Translations under genes and position numbers: made by a program | The notes under the pieces: generated by a model | The model's database searches: none | What the model was told of the DNA's origin: nothing | What the model saw: the letters and a program-made list of their open reading frames with translations, nothing else | Assembly (NCBI GenBank): GCA_963614215.1 | Contig: CAVECB010000001.1 | Span: 38,604-102,603, forward strand | From: Ruthenibacterium lactatiformans | GTDB lineage: Bacteria > Actinomycetota > Coriobacteriia > Coriobacteriales > QAMH01 | DNA: 64,000 nt | Direction: 5' to 3' | Part shown: piece by piece, positions 63,582 through 64,000 of the stretch | Layout: the number at the start of each line of letters is the position of its first letter | How positions within the stretch are numbered: the first letter of the stretch is position 1

Positions 63582-64000
63582 TTGCCCGAAGGTGTTGAAC
63601 ATACGAATCCCGAGAGCCGCGAGGACGCAGGCGAGATGTCGCACGCCGATGCCGCCCCCGCCCCCGAAAAGCGCCCCATCGCCGTCGAGTTCAAGGACGT
63701 GACGAAGCGCTACAGGCTCTACGCCAACGACCGCGCGCGCATTCTCGGCCTGCTCTTCAAGCGCATCCCCTACGAGGAGGTATGCGCCAACAACAACCTG
63801 AGCTTTCAGATACGCCAAGGCGAGGCCGTCGCCTTCTTGGGTCCCAACGGCGCGGGCAAATCCACCGCCTTGAAAATGATCACCGGCGTGGTCTACCCCA
63901 ACGAGGGCGAAATCACGGTCAACGGTCGCGTTTCGGCTTTGCTGGAGCTGGGCGCCGGCTTCGACAACGGCCTGACCGGCCGCCAAAACATCTACCTGCG
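63582..64000 (+). CDS. ABC transporter ATP-binding protein, polysaccharide/teichoic-acid export (TagH/Wzt-like), 5' part only
   Basis: Not in the ORF track because the gene runs off the right edge. Hand translation gives ...MSHADAAPAPEKRPIAVEFKDVTKRYRLY...GEAVAFLGPNGAGKSTALKMITG...GRVSALLELGAGFDNGLTGRQNIYL. TTG 63582 is preceded by AGGAG at 6 nt. An alternative start is ATG 63636. Confidence 0.75.
   Translation, partial: MPEGVEHTNPESREDAGEMSHADAAPAPEKRPIAVEFKDVTKRYRLYANDRARILGLLFKRIPYEEVCANNNLSFQIRQGEAVAFLGPNGAGKSTALKMITGVVYPNEGEITVNGRVSALLELGAGFDNGLTGRQNIYL

Overview
A 64-kb bacterial chromosomal window with visibly high GC (judged by eye, not computed). The gene content includes a split transketolase, ftsEX-eno-ftsB, mreBCD-mrdA-rodA, ispDF, glf and TAT-signal NlpC/P60 hydrolases. 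This suggests an actinobacterium, possibly Coriobacteriia/Eggerthellaceae-like, but that is inference only. I call about 50 protein genes. Two of them are missing from the ORF track because they run off the window edges: ilvB on the left and a TagH-like ABC ATPase on the right. I also call three tRNAs: Leu-CAG, Leu-UAA and Val-UAC. Most genes are housekeeping: ilvBD, rmuC, typA, clpC, ispDF, glf, dinG, leuA, citrate synthase, secA, prfB, tkt, ftsEX, eno, ndk, the mre/rodA cluster and asd. Most long ORFs in the track that lie antisense to these genes are high-GC shadow ORFs. I recognise no rRNA, CRISPR/cas, integrase, transposase or reverse transcriptase. There are three accessory-looking patches. 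(i) 4.3-7.6 kb holds two type II toxin-antitoxin (TA) pairs flanking a DUF4143-type AAA ATPase, which is preceded by a phased 4 x 23-bp repeat array. (ii) 26.3-31.4 kb is a cassette of DNA-binding proteins, including a STAND-NTPase/wHTH-BTAD regulator. (iii) 47.1-49.4 kb is a lower-GC orphan gene for a membrane-anchored Nudix protein. The most unusual non-coding structure is a perfect 3 x 153-bp tandem array (41.59-42.09 kb) seeded by the last 22 nt of tRNA-Leu(UAA). Its spacer shares modules with the tRNA-Val locus 20 kb away. Other points worth a second look are an RF2 whose stop-recognition tripeptide reads SPT instead of SPF, an in-frame 135-bp inverted repeat shared by two convergent NlpC/P60 paralogues, and a promoter-plus-terminator leader in front of citrate synthase. 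I cannot name a complete new system with confidence. The tRNA-linked array, the TM-Nudix gene and the repeat-fronted ATPase islet are my best candidates. All coordinates of small elements were hand-counted and may be off by 1-2 nt.
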